A DNA stretch of 28,076 nucleotides from Chiloscyllium plagiosum. Its lineage: Eukaryota. Position 1 is the stretch's first letter. The number at the start of each line of letters is the position of its first letter. The notes below the pieces were generated by a model that was not told the DNA's origin, did no database searches, and was given only the letters and a program-made list of their open reading frames with translations. The translations under genes and the position numbers were made by a program. Below, piece by piece: positions 10,280 through 20,332 of the stretch. The stretch spans positions 5,352,921 to 5,380,996 of the forward strand of contig NC_057755.1 in assembly GCF_004010195.1 (NCBI RefSeq). The letters run 5' to 3'.

Positions 10280-11837
10280 AAACTCTCTCAACAAGCTATT
10301 GCACTCTCTACATAAAAATACGATCTTTCGTATTTCACCAAGGTGATTACCGTAAATACAAGTGTATAGATTGAATTGTTAATACACTGATCAAGGATCA
10401 GTTTGGTGGTTCAACTAATACACGAGCACAAACGTTGAGGGACCGAAGAACATGCTGCAGTTAGAAATATCCCACTATTAGCAAAAGTCAATTTAATTGC
10501 ACAATTAATCCAAGCAAGGAAGAAAATGCCATAAAGTATATGAATGGCAATGACTGATAAAAGCAAGAGACACGTACGAATGTTTAACGTGTCAAAGATT
10601 CATTGAAATTCTGCAAATCACACTATTCAACATCGTCATGCCATAGTTCAGTGGCGCACTTAACTTTAAACATTTATTAAATTCAGAATGTATATGCGTC
10701 TCGAACCTCCTCGCCAAATTAATCTATTTCCCTCCCATTTACTCTTGTATGTTATGAACCTCAGCAACATTAACCCATTTGTCAAAAAATTAAAGATATA
10801 TCAGTAGGTAGCTAATATATCTCACTTTTATTCAGATATAATGGCAACAATTGAAATGAAGAACTTTTTTAACGAGATTATTTTTTGGATGTATACTGAA
10901 CAAAGTGTGATAAGTACCGGTAGACTTAGTTCTGGTCTGAATGAATGAATGAATGAAAACATGCTGTAGTGAACCAACTGCGGTAATTATAATTATCAAT
11001 GAATGAATGCATAAAGCTGCAGTGTAGCAAACAAGGAGAGTTGAGTAGAGTTACAGGTATAATTAAACGAATGCGATTTTGTGTAAGCAGGTAAATTGAT
11101 AAAATACAGTTTCCTTTGTAAGAGATTTGTAATATGATATAGTTGAGTCTACTTATACATGAGATGCATGGAAAATGCAAGATGTTTTTCACCAAAAGTG
11201 AGAGGTCGACCTGCACATGAGATTCACCTAATCACGGCATAAGCACAAATATATTCCTTAATTCCATTAAAACTCTCTGTAGTCTCCAACTGAAACGGAG
11301 ATTTCTGGAAGGTTCCCAGAAGAGATGAATAATTAAACAATGGAAAATTTAATCTCAGACAATTATTTCGGAATCTGCAATGATAGATATTCCACAAAGT
11401 CTCTATGGTCTGAGATTAAATCACTGATCGGCCTCAACACACCCATGCATCATTGTCAATTTCAGAGTGAAACTCCAGATAATCCTCAGACAGATGCACG
11501 TAATTTCAATTGTGCAAGAAATTGTCATAATCAGAAGCGTAGAGTAAAACATTTTCTCCATCCAATATAATAAAGCATGCATTTTCTGCATGAATCTCTA
11601 TGTACAGTGAAATGTCTTCACACTAAATGCCGAGGTGATATCATCCGAAAGTTTGCATTTATACCGATTGGCATCACGTGGAGAACCGTCACATTATAAC
11701 TTGGTTCAATTCATTCGTTTAAGAATTTGATCAAGTAGGTGACAACGGTGAGTTAACTCCAATGTGACAAAGTATTTTTACAACTGGGGTTTATTGAGTG
11801 ATGCAAATCGTAAACATTGGAAAATGCATTTTGAGTA

Positions 11838-11925
11838 AAATCATAGAATCCTGACAGTGTGGAAGAAGGCCAATCGGTTCATCAAGTCAACACCAACACT
11901 GCAAAGGGCATCCCACTTACACCTG
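11838..11925 (-). mobile_element. HE1-type SINE 3' fragment
   Basis: ATCATAGAATCCTGACAGTGTGGAAGAAGGCC is the inverse of the tail seen at 27695-27725. Confidence 0.7.
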
Positions 11926-12004
11926 TTTGTTGTCCCTGTGTGGCAGCAGGGCTCTTGTGTTCCCGAGTTGTTCCTATTTATATATCAACATTGTATTAGT
12001 TCAT

Positions 12005-12092
12005 GTTGAAATTCACACAACACCAGGCTATCGTCCAGGAGGTTTAATTGGAAGCACTTGGTTTTGGAGCTCTGCTCCTTCATCAGGTGGTT
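12005..12092 (-). mobile_element. PLE terminal fragment of a third family with an inactivated hammerhead
   Basis: Minus strand CAC-CTGATGA-A-GGAGC-AGA-GCTCC-AAAACCAA-GTG: stems I and II pair but the GAAA box reads AAAA. Confidence 0.7.
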
Positions 12093-12121
12093 ATCATGTT
12101 GTAGTTGTGCTTGTCTCTGAC

Positions 12122-12244
12122 CGTGTGGGGTCGCTGCAGTGCGCCTCCACCACTTTGGGATGGATCTGCACTCCCAGCGCTGTAGTGGGCAATGATTTCA
12201 GTGGGACATCCGGTCTCTGGTTAATGTGGGGCTGAACATATATT
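12122..12244 (-). CDS. Candidate internal exon Y, product unknown (IYVQPHINQRPDVPLKSLPTTALGVQIHPKVVEAHCSDPT)
   Basis: Strong acceptor TTTATTGTCCTCCCTTCCAG|, donor ACG|GTCAGA, 123 nt (phase 2-2), one stop-free frame, GC-rich island in repeat-rich flanks. Confidence 0.45.
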
Positions 12245-12249
12245 CTGGA

Positions 12250-13380
12250 AGGGAGGACAATAAATGTAGAGCATTGGGGAAGACAGATGGTTAAATATAT
12301 ATAGGGAGAGGGTTAAAGGTTGCAATAGGGAAAAAATCAACAGAGAATAATGGGCAGAGCATTAAGTAGACAAGAGGAGAGGGTTATGTCTAGAGTCATA
12401 GGGAGAGAGCTTAATACAGGGGAACGGGGAGAATTAAAACAGAAAAGGGAGGATTATAATGTGGAGAAAATAGCATAGAGAGTAAGTGGAAGACTGTTGC
12501 TGACACGGGCACAGGGAGATGTTTAATATCGGGGAAACTAATGGAAATATAATAAGGTTAACCAAATTAATCTCATTTAATATGATTTTCCTTTTGGGGC
12601 TGTTAATCTGGTCTAAACAGCGAGTCCTGGCTGACAGATATAAACAGGAGTGTCATGGGTTCTGCTCTCTCGAGGAACCAGCGTTCGGCTCGCTGGGCCA
12701 GTGTCATGTTGTATGCAAGTGTAAATGCCGTTTGAGTTCATGATGGGATACACGTCTTTGTGGACGGTGACAGAATTTAATGCAGAGCAATAACGACAAT
12801 TTTGAATACATGGGAGTAGCGTGAGCATTATGGTAAAGGGACAGAAAGGGTAGTTATTGCAGAGGAATAGAGAAATATCTGAATAGAAAATAATGATGAG
12901 TGGGTTGAATACAGAACAGCGGGGACACGTGAAATACAGTGGAAAGGAGTGGGTGAAATACAGGGTGGATTGGATAACTGGAGAGTCGTCATGAGAGGCG
13001 GAATTCAACAGCAATAAGGAGGAAGTTGAATAAACAGAGTGTTAAAGATTGTCATGTGTGTGCTTTCTGCAGAGCGCGTTCAATAGAGAGTAAACATGAG
13101 AGGTTGAATACTTGGAAGACAGAGATAGTTAAATACTGGGGAATAGAGGGGCTCAAATACCGATAAAGATCGGATGAAACAAACAGCAATGGGGAGGACT
13201 AATTACAGAACAATGGGGAGAAGATTAAATACAGGGCAGCGGATAGAGACGACTGAAGACAAGTAACTGCTTAAATACAGAGGGAGAAAGAAAGTATGTA
13301 AAAGAAAGAGTAATCGGGAGTGATACAAAGCCTGTGTAAGGTAATACAAATGAGAAAATACTGCGGAACAGGGAAAGGAT
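12250..13380. repeat. Degenerate purine-rich tandem array (TTAAATACAGGG-like units)
   Basis: Recurrent (T/G)AAATAC(A/T)G motifs, often 20-30 bp apart. Confidence 0.7.
12550..12765 (+). mobile_element. Short solo-LTR-like repeat
   Basis: TGGGGCTGTTAATCTGGTC...CCTGGCTGACAGATATAAACAGGAGTGTCA; three copies in the window. Confidence 0.55.
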
Positions 13381-13712
13381 TCCAGTTACTGACATGATTT
13401 CCAACATTAGTTTGCGGTAAGGTGGCGAGTGGTGGTGGTGTGGAATTGGCACAGCTTTCCGAGGACCCACGGTCTCAACATTGAGACTTGGCTCTCACTC
13501 CGTCCATCGCAACAATTAGTTGCCTCCCTGTTGCATTACCTCCTGCGATCTCCTCTCTCAACCTCATCGACTACGCCCTCATTTGCAATCTAGTTGTCAT
13601 TGCACCTCATAAACCTCCAACACCTTACGCCTTCCCTTCCCCTCCTGCCTTCGCTTTTGCATGCAGAGCAGTCTGCACTGATGTAATGGCCTTCTGCTGT
13701 TCTTGTACTCAC

Positions 13713-13788
13713 ATGAGAGGGGATGAACGAATTTCGGCTGCTCCGCTTTAGCATTTCAAAATAAGCTAAATTGCGTCCTCCACTTCCT
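13713..13788 (-). pseudogene. Candidate exon X
   Basis: Minus strand CTGTTACAG| acceptor and CAT|GTGAGTA donor; 76 nt; splice signals retained in paralogue 3064-3136. Confidence 0.35.
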
Positions 13789-13811
13789 CTGTAACAGTCT
13801 ATAAAAGGGTT

Positions 13812-14037
13812 TTTTTTATCCATTTATGGGATGAGGGAGTCACTGGCTCGTGTCAGCATTGACTACCACAGAACATTACCTGGATGCCTTCATTAACAAG
13901 GTATTTTTTCCCCCCGAAACGTCGATTTTCCTGATCCTTGGATGCTACCTGATCTGCTGTGCTTTTCCAGTACTTCTCTAATGTTGACTGCCCTCATTAA
14001 CAGTCCAGCGATAATTCCACTGGATTAATGCTTCCCC
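13812..14037 (-). mobile_element. SacSINE1-like DeuSINE, internally deleted and interrupted by a PLE fragment
   Basis: Minus strand GGGGAAGC...ATTATCGCTGGACTGTTAAT...CCAGGTAATGTTCTG...GCCAGTGACTCCCTCATCCCATAAATG; paralogue of 2700-3037. Confidence 0.75.
13899..13988 (+). mobile_element. 5'-truncated PLE terminus with 14-bp flanking direct repeat
   Basis: CCCGAAACGTCGATTTTCCTG...; flanked by TGCCTTCATTAACA (13885-13898) and TGCCCTCATTAACA (13989-14002). Confidence 0.8.
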
Positions 14038-14089
14038 GTGCTGAATTGCCACTTCCTGTGTTACAAGCCCGATAAGGGGCTGGATAAAA

Positions 14090-14195
14090 AAAACAAAAGA
14101 ACTGTGAATGGCTGTAACTCAGAAACAAAAACAGAAATTGCTGGGACAACTCAGCAAGTCTGGCAGCGGCACTGGATAGAAATCACAGTTGAATG
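14090..14195 (-). mobile_element. PLE terminal remnant
   Basis: CAGAAACAAAAACAGAAATTGCTGG...CAGCAAGTCTGGCAGC; paralogue of 2550-2650. Confidence 0.6.
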
Positions 14196-14479
14196 TCCTC
14201 ATTTGTGCCGTGGAACAGGCCGGAGAAGGAGCTGAATGGCCTCCTCCTGTTCCTGTAATGATAAGTATGTCTATGCCAAGAGCACACTGGTTGAATATTA
14301 AAATCTAAGCATTGCTTTGTCCATTGAATTAAAAAAAAACAAAATCTGTCAGAAATTTTCAAATCTCTGTTCTCTTTTTGAACACGATTTTAATTAAGGG
14401 CTGCTTGCGGGATTGAAAATGTTGCAGCTATTCACTGCCAGTAAGTTGGATAATTCTGGATGCGTTTTATCCAGTTAAC

Positions 14480-14860
14480 CAGTGAAAGAAGCAGGCAAAT
14501 GGCTGATAATGCAGGAAGTGAGAAAGCTTTAATCTGTTTGGCAAGGAGCGATAATATAAATAAAGTGGCCCAATTCTGGAGAGGACATATTAATATCAAA
14601 AATTGCACGTGTACTTTTATTTTGGAAAGTGACTGAGCATATTGATAGGCGTACAAAAAGCCATGCAAAGTCCAGTTAGAGTACAAAACGTCAGGGAAAT
14701 ATCGCTTATCCTTTATAATTAACTTCTTCGTCCACATTTGGGGAAAAAAGATCTGATTTGAACTCTTGAAGAGTGAAAGCTATTTCAATTATGAAATCTG
14801 AGCTCTGAACACCACACTTTAGGAATGATATCAATGCTTTGGATAGGCTCTGCGAGGAGG
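14480..14860 (+). mobile_element. Old CR1-type LINE ORF2 fragment
   Basis: CACCACACTTTAGGAATGATATCAATGCTTTGG; paralogue of 1900-2290. Confidence 0.55.
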
Positions 14861-14869
14861 TTAATACTC

Positions 14870-15375
14870 ATAGGGACACAACAACAAGCCATTCAGCCAT
14901 TCGAGCCTGTTCCATCAGTCATTGACTGATCTGTATGTTAACATCATACTCCTGTGTGTGTGTCTTATCCCTTAATACCAATGCTGAATTAAAAAAAACG
15001 AACTCAGATTTAAAATTAACTGATCCAGGATCCATGCCGTTTGTGTAAGAGACCTACAAACCTCCACCAGCTTTTCAGTGCGGAAGTGCTTCCTAACATC
15101 TTTCCTGAATACATTGGCTCGAATTCTCAGAAGACGTCCCTTTCTTCTAGAATCCCCAAACAGTGGAAATCATTTATCTTTATCGACTCTGTCTCCTAAT
15201 TTCGAGAGAATCAAGGCCTGTTTTGTACAGTCCCACCTCAAAACTAAATCCCTGAAGTCCAGGTATCATTCTTGCAAGACTACCCTGTGATCCCTCCAAG
15301 GCCATTATATCCTTCCCAAGGTGCTGGTGCCTGGCTATGCTCACAATACTTCAAGTGAGATCTGGAAAGGGTTTT
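14870..15375 (-). mobile_element. CR1-type LINE 3' end
   Basis: GCCATTCAGCCATTCGAGCCTGTTCC (inverse tail), GAAGTGCTTCCTAACATC, CCCTCCAAGGCCATTATATCCTTCC. Confidence 0.75.
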
Positions 15376-15404
15376 CTATATTTGCAGCAAGTTTTTGGTG
15401 GCCT

Positions 15405-15556
15405 TACACGGGATGACAGCTTCACTGTCACGGAGAGCATTTAATACTCATTCCAGAGGGCAGTTACGATTCAACTACTTTGCTGTGGGTCTGGTGTCAC
15501 ATTTTGGTCACACCAGGTAAGGATGGCAGTTTTCTTCCCTAAAGGACATTACTGAA
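15405..15556 (-). mobile_element. SacSINE1-like DeuSINE fragment
   Basis: TGCTGTGGGTCTGG...ACCAGGTAAGGATGGCAG...TTCCCTAAAGGACATTA. Confidence 0.8.
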
Positions 15557-16809
15557 ATTTTACGTGTTGATTTTTCCTCCTGGAAAATACTGAGGGAAAG
15601 TGATTAGTCTGCTTGTTGACTGTTTCCCTGCTGACATTGACAATATCCACTGCAACCTTAATTTTGGATTAATCTGATCGACATGCTTACTGGTGGGTCT
15701 CGTTTTATGCAAATAGCAAAACTGCGGTTTATTATCTTTGAAATACAAGACAGATAATTATACAACTTTATAAAACCAGTCCTTCCCTCTAATATACAGA
15801 GTAACCTTCTGATTCTGAAACGTCTATGCCCACACACTAATATAAAATTCTTGACTACAGCTCGTCGAACTGGAGTTGGGCTTGTTCTTCCTATTCCGAA
15901 GGTTCCTGCTTCTTTGTCCTGATTTTCTCTGGAGAGGGTGCGGGATCTCGCTGATCTTAGTGGTGTGTACTAAAGATGATGTGGATGTGTTGGTTTGGAC
16001 TTAGGTGGACAAAGTCAGACGTCACTCAACAACAGGTTATCGGACAATTTATTTGAAATCATAAGATTTCGAATGATTTCTGACCTTCTTGTCGTTAGTT
16101 ATCGCAGTTATTTCTGATTTCAGTGACTTAACAGTATTATCATGTAACAACGTGATTAGAATAATTTAAATTCAGTTTCTATCTCAGGGAGGATGTTACA
16201 TAAGATAGTGTTTGATATTTTAAGTTACCCTTTTTAATTGACCTGTCTCAAAAACAGTTCTACTGCAACTCAGATCTTGGTCCACCCCAAACATTGTGGC
16301 AATGTCAAATCAATAACCCGTTCAATGAACAAACAAGGTGAAGACTTGCCTATCTGTCTGGCTTGATTGAATTTCACAGTGAACGCTGCAAGCTTCCTGG
16401 TTTTATTTCTCAGTTCCACAGTCTCATTAACACCGGTTCAATGTAATCAATCAAGATAATGGGACGGTGTACTTGGACCGACCACAGCGACGCCACTCCT
16501 GACACCACGAATCTTATTCCAGGTTCACAACTCTGCTGCTGCAGACACCACTGATGCCACCTTCGGCCACCGTCACCTCCACAAGGAACAGAAGACCAAG
16601 ATGAAGATGAGAGAAAGGAAGAAATAAGTTGCGACTGGCCTGCTGATCATAAACTAATGGGCTCAGGAGCCTGACCTTTGTCTGCCTTGCCAACACCGCC
16701 ATCAGAAAAAAAAACTTATGACGAAGAGGGCAAGGGAGGTCGACAAGGACCCCAGTGTTTCACCTGTGAAGTGAGGCGAGAGATGATGGATTTGGTTTCA
16801 ATCAATCCA

Positions 16810-17805
16810 CTAAAGTCAAGTCGGTGTTCTTCTCACCCCTGCCAACGGATGGCCGGCAAGGGAATGTGGAATCTGAACGTGGAACTGCTGAAACCAGAAA
16901 ACATGGAGGAGCTCAAAATGGATTACACAGATTATGAAGCCCCTCTTTGAGTCTCCATCAGTTGTTGGGAATCTGTCAAGGGGAATATCAAGAGGATGGT
17001 TATCCTCAAAGTTGTTCTAAATGTGTGTGAGAGAGAGAGAGAATGAGAGAGAGAAAGAACGGGAATACTCCAGAAAAGCGTGGAGATCCTACACCTGCTG
17101 CAGACAGCTTGGCTTGATGTCATGGATTATCTCCAGGAGGTGAAGAGCCAGTAAGCTTTCCCATTTACTTCAGAAGCCTCCAAGGTAATCTCCCAATCCA
17201 GGATCCACATTGGGTAGACGAGTCCTGCTCACGTTTCTCCATCCCGGAGGTGAACTGGGAGAGCAATGTACTCAGCAGCCTAAAGAAAGATTTTGACTCG
17301 GTAACGTCCCCCTAGTCTGAGGCCCTGAGGATCAGCAAATACGTATACCAGACTGCATGACATGATGTCCACAGCCTGTGTGGCGCCTCAGTCATTCTGA
17401 TCCTCTCTCATGGAGGTTAAAACGATTGCACATGGGAGAGGGTAGACACAGCCGTTATCTCTGAATAAAATGATCGAAGACCTCGAGTCCTTAGACAAGA
17501 GTAAGTTTCCCAGCAGTGATGGCTTACTGGCTGAGTTGGGTTAATCTCTATGGTACTTGATTGGCCAGGGCCTGCTGGTGGTGCAGGAGGAGGTCTATGA
17601 CGGGATATGACTTACCTACATTTGGGATATGCTCTCTGAAATGGACTTTGGAGAGGGAATACGTGATTCAACGCAACTGCACTCCACTAACGTCAATTGT
17701 AGAGCCTCAAACAAAGGTTTGAAATCAGAAAGCTTCCCCAACAAATCCGGAGTCAGACACGGCTGCCCAATCTCATTTTTCTTGTTCATTTGTTGATCTG
17801 AAGGC
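16810..17805 (+). mobile_element. Tx1-clade LINE ORF2 fragment, decayed and internally deleted
   Basis: Broken translation GKGMWNLNVELL, WESVKGNIKR, LSLNKMIEDLESLDKSKFPSSDGLLAEL, DFGEGIR, SESFPNKSGVRHGCPIS. Confidence 0.85.
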
Positions 17806-18611
17806 ACCTAAATAATTGTTGTAATTCGTTAAGACGTTTCTTCCTCTTCACCCTTTGTCTATTCACTGAGGACCTCTTTAACTAAGATTCCTTAATCCAT
17901 CATTACACAATTATATATCAATTCATTATTTAGATTCAGGACTCGGGTTTCAGATTAACTTTCTTCATTCTCCAACAGAATAAACAATTTATGATCTCTC
18001 TTCCCCAATACAAGTATATTGTTAAATCTTGCTATTGCATTGTGTCCATAGTCTTCCGTAGGTAATCGAATGCTGGATAAGTTTAGCCAAGCACTGGGAT
18101 CTTGCAATCTTACTGAATAATCCGACATTTGGACAATTGAATGCTGGATAATCGAGATTCCTCTGTGTATTGTTAAATCATGCTATTGTGCTGTGTCCAT
18201 ACTTTTTGGAGAAAGTATATCGAATCGATACGTGCTGACATTTGTGCTCTTCTGTCAACTCTCAGTGCTGTGATATATGAGTAGTTAATCCTTTCAATGT
18301 GGTATTTCTGTCCAAGTACCTCACACATCATCACAAACAATAAATAATAAAGGTGAGCTTTCAACAGTAACTGTGTCATCGAACTCATCTGTCATCGAGG
18401 ATCTCCTGAAATTCGAGACATAGATCTCCTGAAAAAACTCTGCCCCTGAATCTGTGGTGCATGTTAGCGAGGTTTTGGATCATTCAGACTAGGATTCTGA
18501 AGCACAACATCTTTATGGAGGCAGCAATGGCTTTTGTTGCTTTTCTCTTTCACTCACAGATTTTCTATTTCCCGTGGCCAGCTTCATTTTCGTCCTAACT
18601 GTGTTTGATCC
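17324..18611 (+). repeat. Left arm of ancient inverted duplication B (partner 20333-21822)
   Basis: Exact reverse-complement anchors: 17324-17335/21811-21822, 17960-17973/20875-20888, 18486-18497/20432-20443, 18575-18586/20346-20357. Confidence 0.9.
18060..18165. mobile_element. One end of a Tigger/pogo-like DNA transposon or MITE
   Basis: Ends GGATAATCGAGATTCCTCTG (Tigger-like terminus) with an internal repeat GAATGCTGGATAA; absent from the paralogous arm. Confidence 0.55.
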
Positions 18612-19054
18612 TCAACGGTTACATCAGCTCCAATTAATGCGGATCCGCCGAGCAGAATGAGAGTGTCCTGGAGATATTTCAAAGCTGACTCTGAGGCACA
18701 CAGGAGCAATACAGCAACAGACATGGCGGGGTCATTCTTTGTACCCTGCAGTGTACTGCACATGTGCAATGAAGAAACCTAAGATAGCTGACTGATGAAG
18801 TGATGAAATAATTTGAAGCGAGATGTGGAGGTGAGGCCAGGGAGGGACTTGAAAACATAAAATTGCAGAATTGTCAACTTCCTGAAATGTTTGATTGGTA
18901 GTCAATATTGTGACTAAGTCCTGTAGTAATGGGGGAATGTGTCTTCGTGTGAGGACTGGTAAAGGAGAGAAAACAGAGAGTGGGAACAACATTTCATTTT
19001 CATGTTCTCAGGCTGGTATTGTGGATCATTATCTGAGACTTCGTATTTATAATC

Positions 19055-19235
19055 TCTAACAATGACTGACATGATGCGATCTTGTGTTATATTTGCTCAA
19101 AACACAATGTTAGGTGAGACAGTAAAATACAAGGAAGACATCGGAGTGCTGAAAACAGGAAGGACAGGTAGAGTGTGAGCGAGCAAGTCAAAGCCTGAGC
19201 AACATATTGTGAAATAATGTGAGGCATTGTCCCAT
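19055..19235 (+). mobile_element. Very old CR1-type RT fragment
   Basis: AACAATGACTGACATG...ATTTGCTCAAAACACAATGTTAGGTG resembles a decayed INDLD...FADDTKLGG. Confidence 0.5.
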
Positions 19236-19829
19236 CACTTGAGCCTTGGAAAAATTTCAGGCCACCGTAAATTTCCCGATGCTTTTCCTTGTCCTAAGCA
19301 ACAAGGGAACAAGAAGTATTTCTGCCCATTCAATGCCATCGATTTCCATTATTCTGTTTAAAAACTTTACTCCCCTCAGATCCATCTGATTCCATGAATA
19401 CAACGCAGTGTGTCTGTCACTTCAGGCTCTCACCATTGAACTCTGGTTCGCCAGTTAGCATTCTGGTCAATCGATGTTGCACACAAATGGACATGGAGAC
19501 CCAGTCTCCATTCAATTGTTGTTTCCTTTCTTTAAATTCAATCGAGTGCTGTGTTAACGTCAAGTGACAGAAGTGGGCAAACCCAAAATTAATAATTGAC
19601 TTTTTCAAATACATCAGTGATGACTTGACAGAGTCAAGGGTGAGAAATTGCCTCAACAGTGCCAAGGGTCAAGGGCGTTTAAGAACAACGTCAGCACATT
19701 TTTGGAGGATGGTGGACTGGGGTGGGACCGGGGCGGGAACGAGAAAATATGCAAAGTGAAGAGCCACAGATCCTGATGCACATTGGCTTCAACAATGTGC
19801 GGTGCCAAAATAACCCTTCTGAGACTGAC

Positions 19830-20036
19830 ATCCTGTCATGAATCAGCACGTATTTATATATGCATAGCCTTTGACAGTGACCTGTCACTGAGTCCGGTAT
19901 TCAGCATCTCAGTATCCCTGACATTTACCCTTTATAATCAGCCAGGGTTCCCTGATTGACATAGATTAACCGCCACAATCAGGGATTTCATATCCAATAA
20001 GGTTATGAAGGCTCGACTTCATGACAATCATTACCA
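19830..20036 (-). mobile_element. Short solo-LTR-like repeat
   Basis: TCAGCCAGGGTTCCCTGATTG...AGATTAAC...CAATCAGGGA, same family as 4545-4745 and 12550-12765. Confidence 0.55.
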
Positions 20037-20332
20037 GGAGAGAAAAAAAAGCGCATTGAGTTTCTGAAAGTAGAAATTAGCAAATCGGGCAAGAAATTGA
20101 AAAGATGGTCCATGGGTGACTCCGAAAGCTCATTAGACCGAAGAAGGTGTGGCTGGTTCCAGGAGGAAGGGCTTTGGACGTCTGAGTCATTGTAAATGTT
20201 TCTCAGGCTGGGGCGACCTGAATACATTGTGATTGCTTTGTTTTAATTGGATGGGGATTGCTACCCAGCTGGGGAGACATGTTACTGTTATTTGGGAATA
20301 TTTAATCAGACTGTCAGGGGGTTGGGAATCTG

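Larger units (their letters stand above)
12455..16492 (-). repeat. Right arm of ancient inverted segmental duplication A
   Basis: Colinear reverse-complement match to 1-4830, including the shared order of CR1, PLE, SINE and LTR junctions. Confidence 0.92.

Noticed and set aside
11608..11747. Plus-strand exon with ACG|GTGAGT donor
   Set aside because: All three frames contain stops, the acceptor is weak and no paralogue supports it.
11690..11810. U6-type promoter (octamer ATGCAAAT, TCACC, TATAA on the minus strand)
   Set aside because: Spacing does not fit the PSE-TATA arrangement and no recognisable small RNA follows.
12250..13380. CRISPR-like array
   Set aside because: Units are highly degenerate with no invariant repeat or unique spacers, in a vertebrate context.
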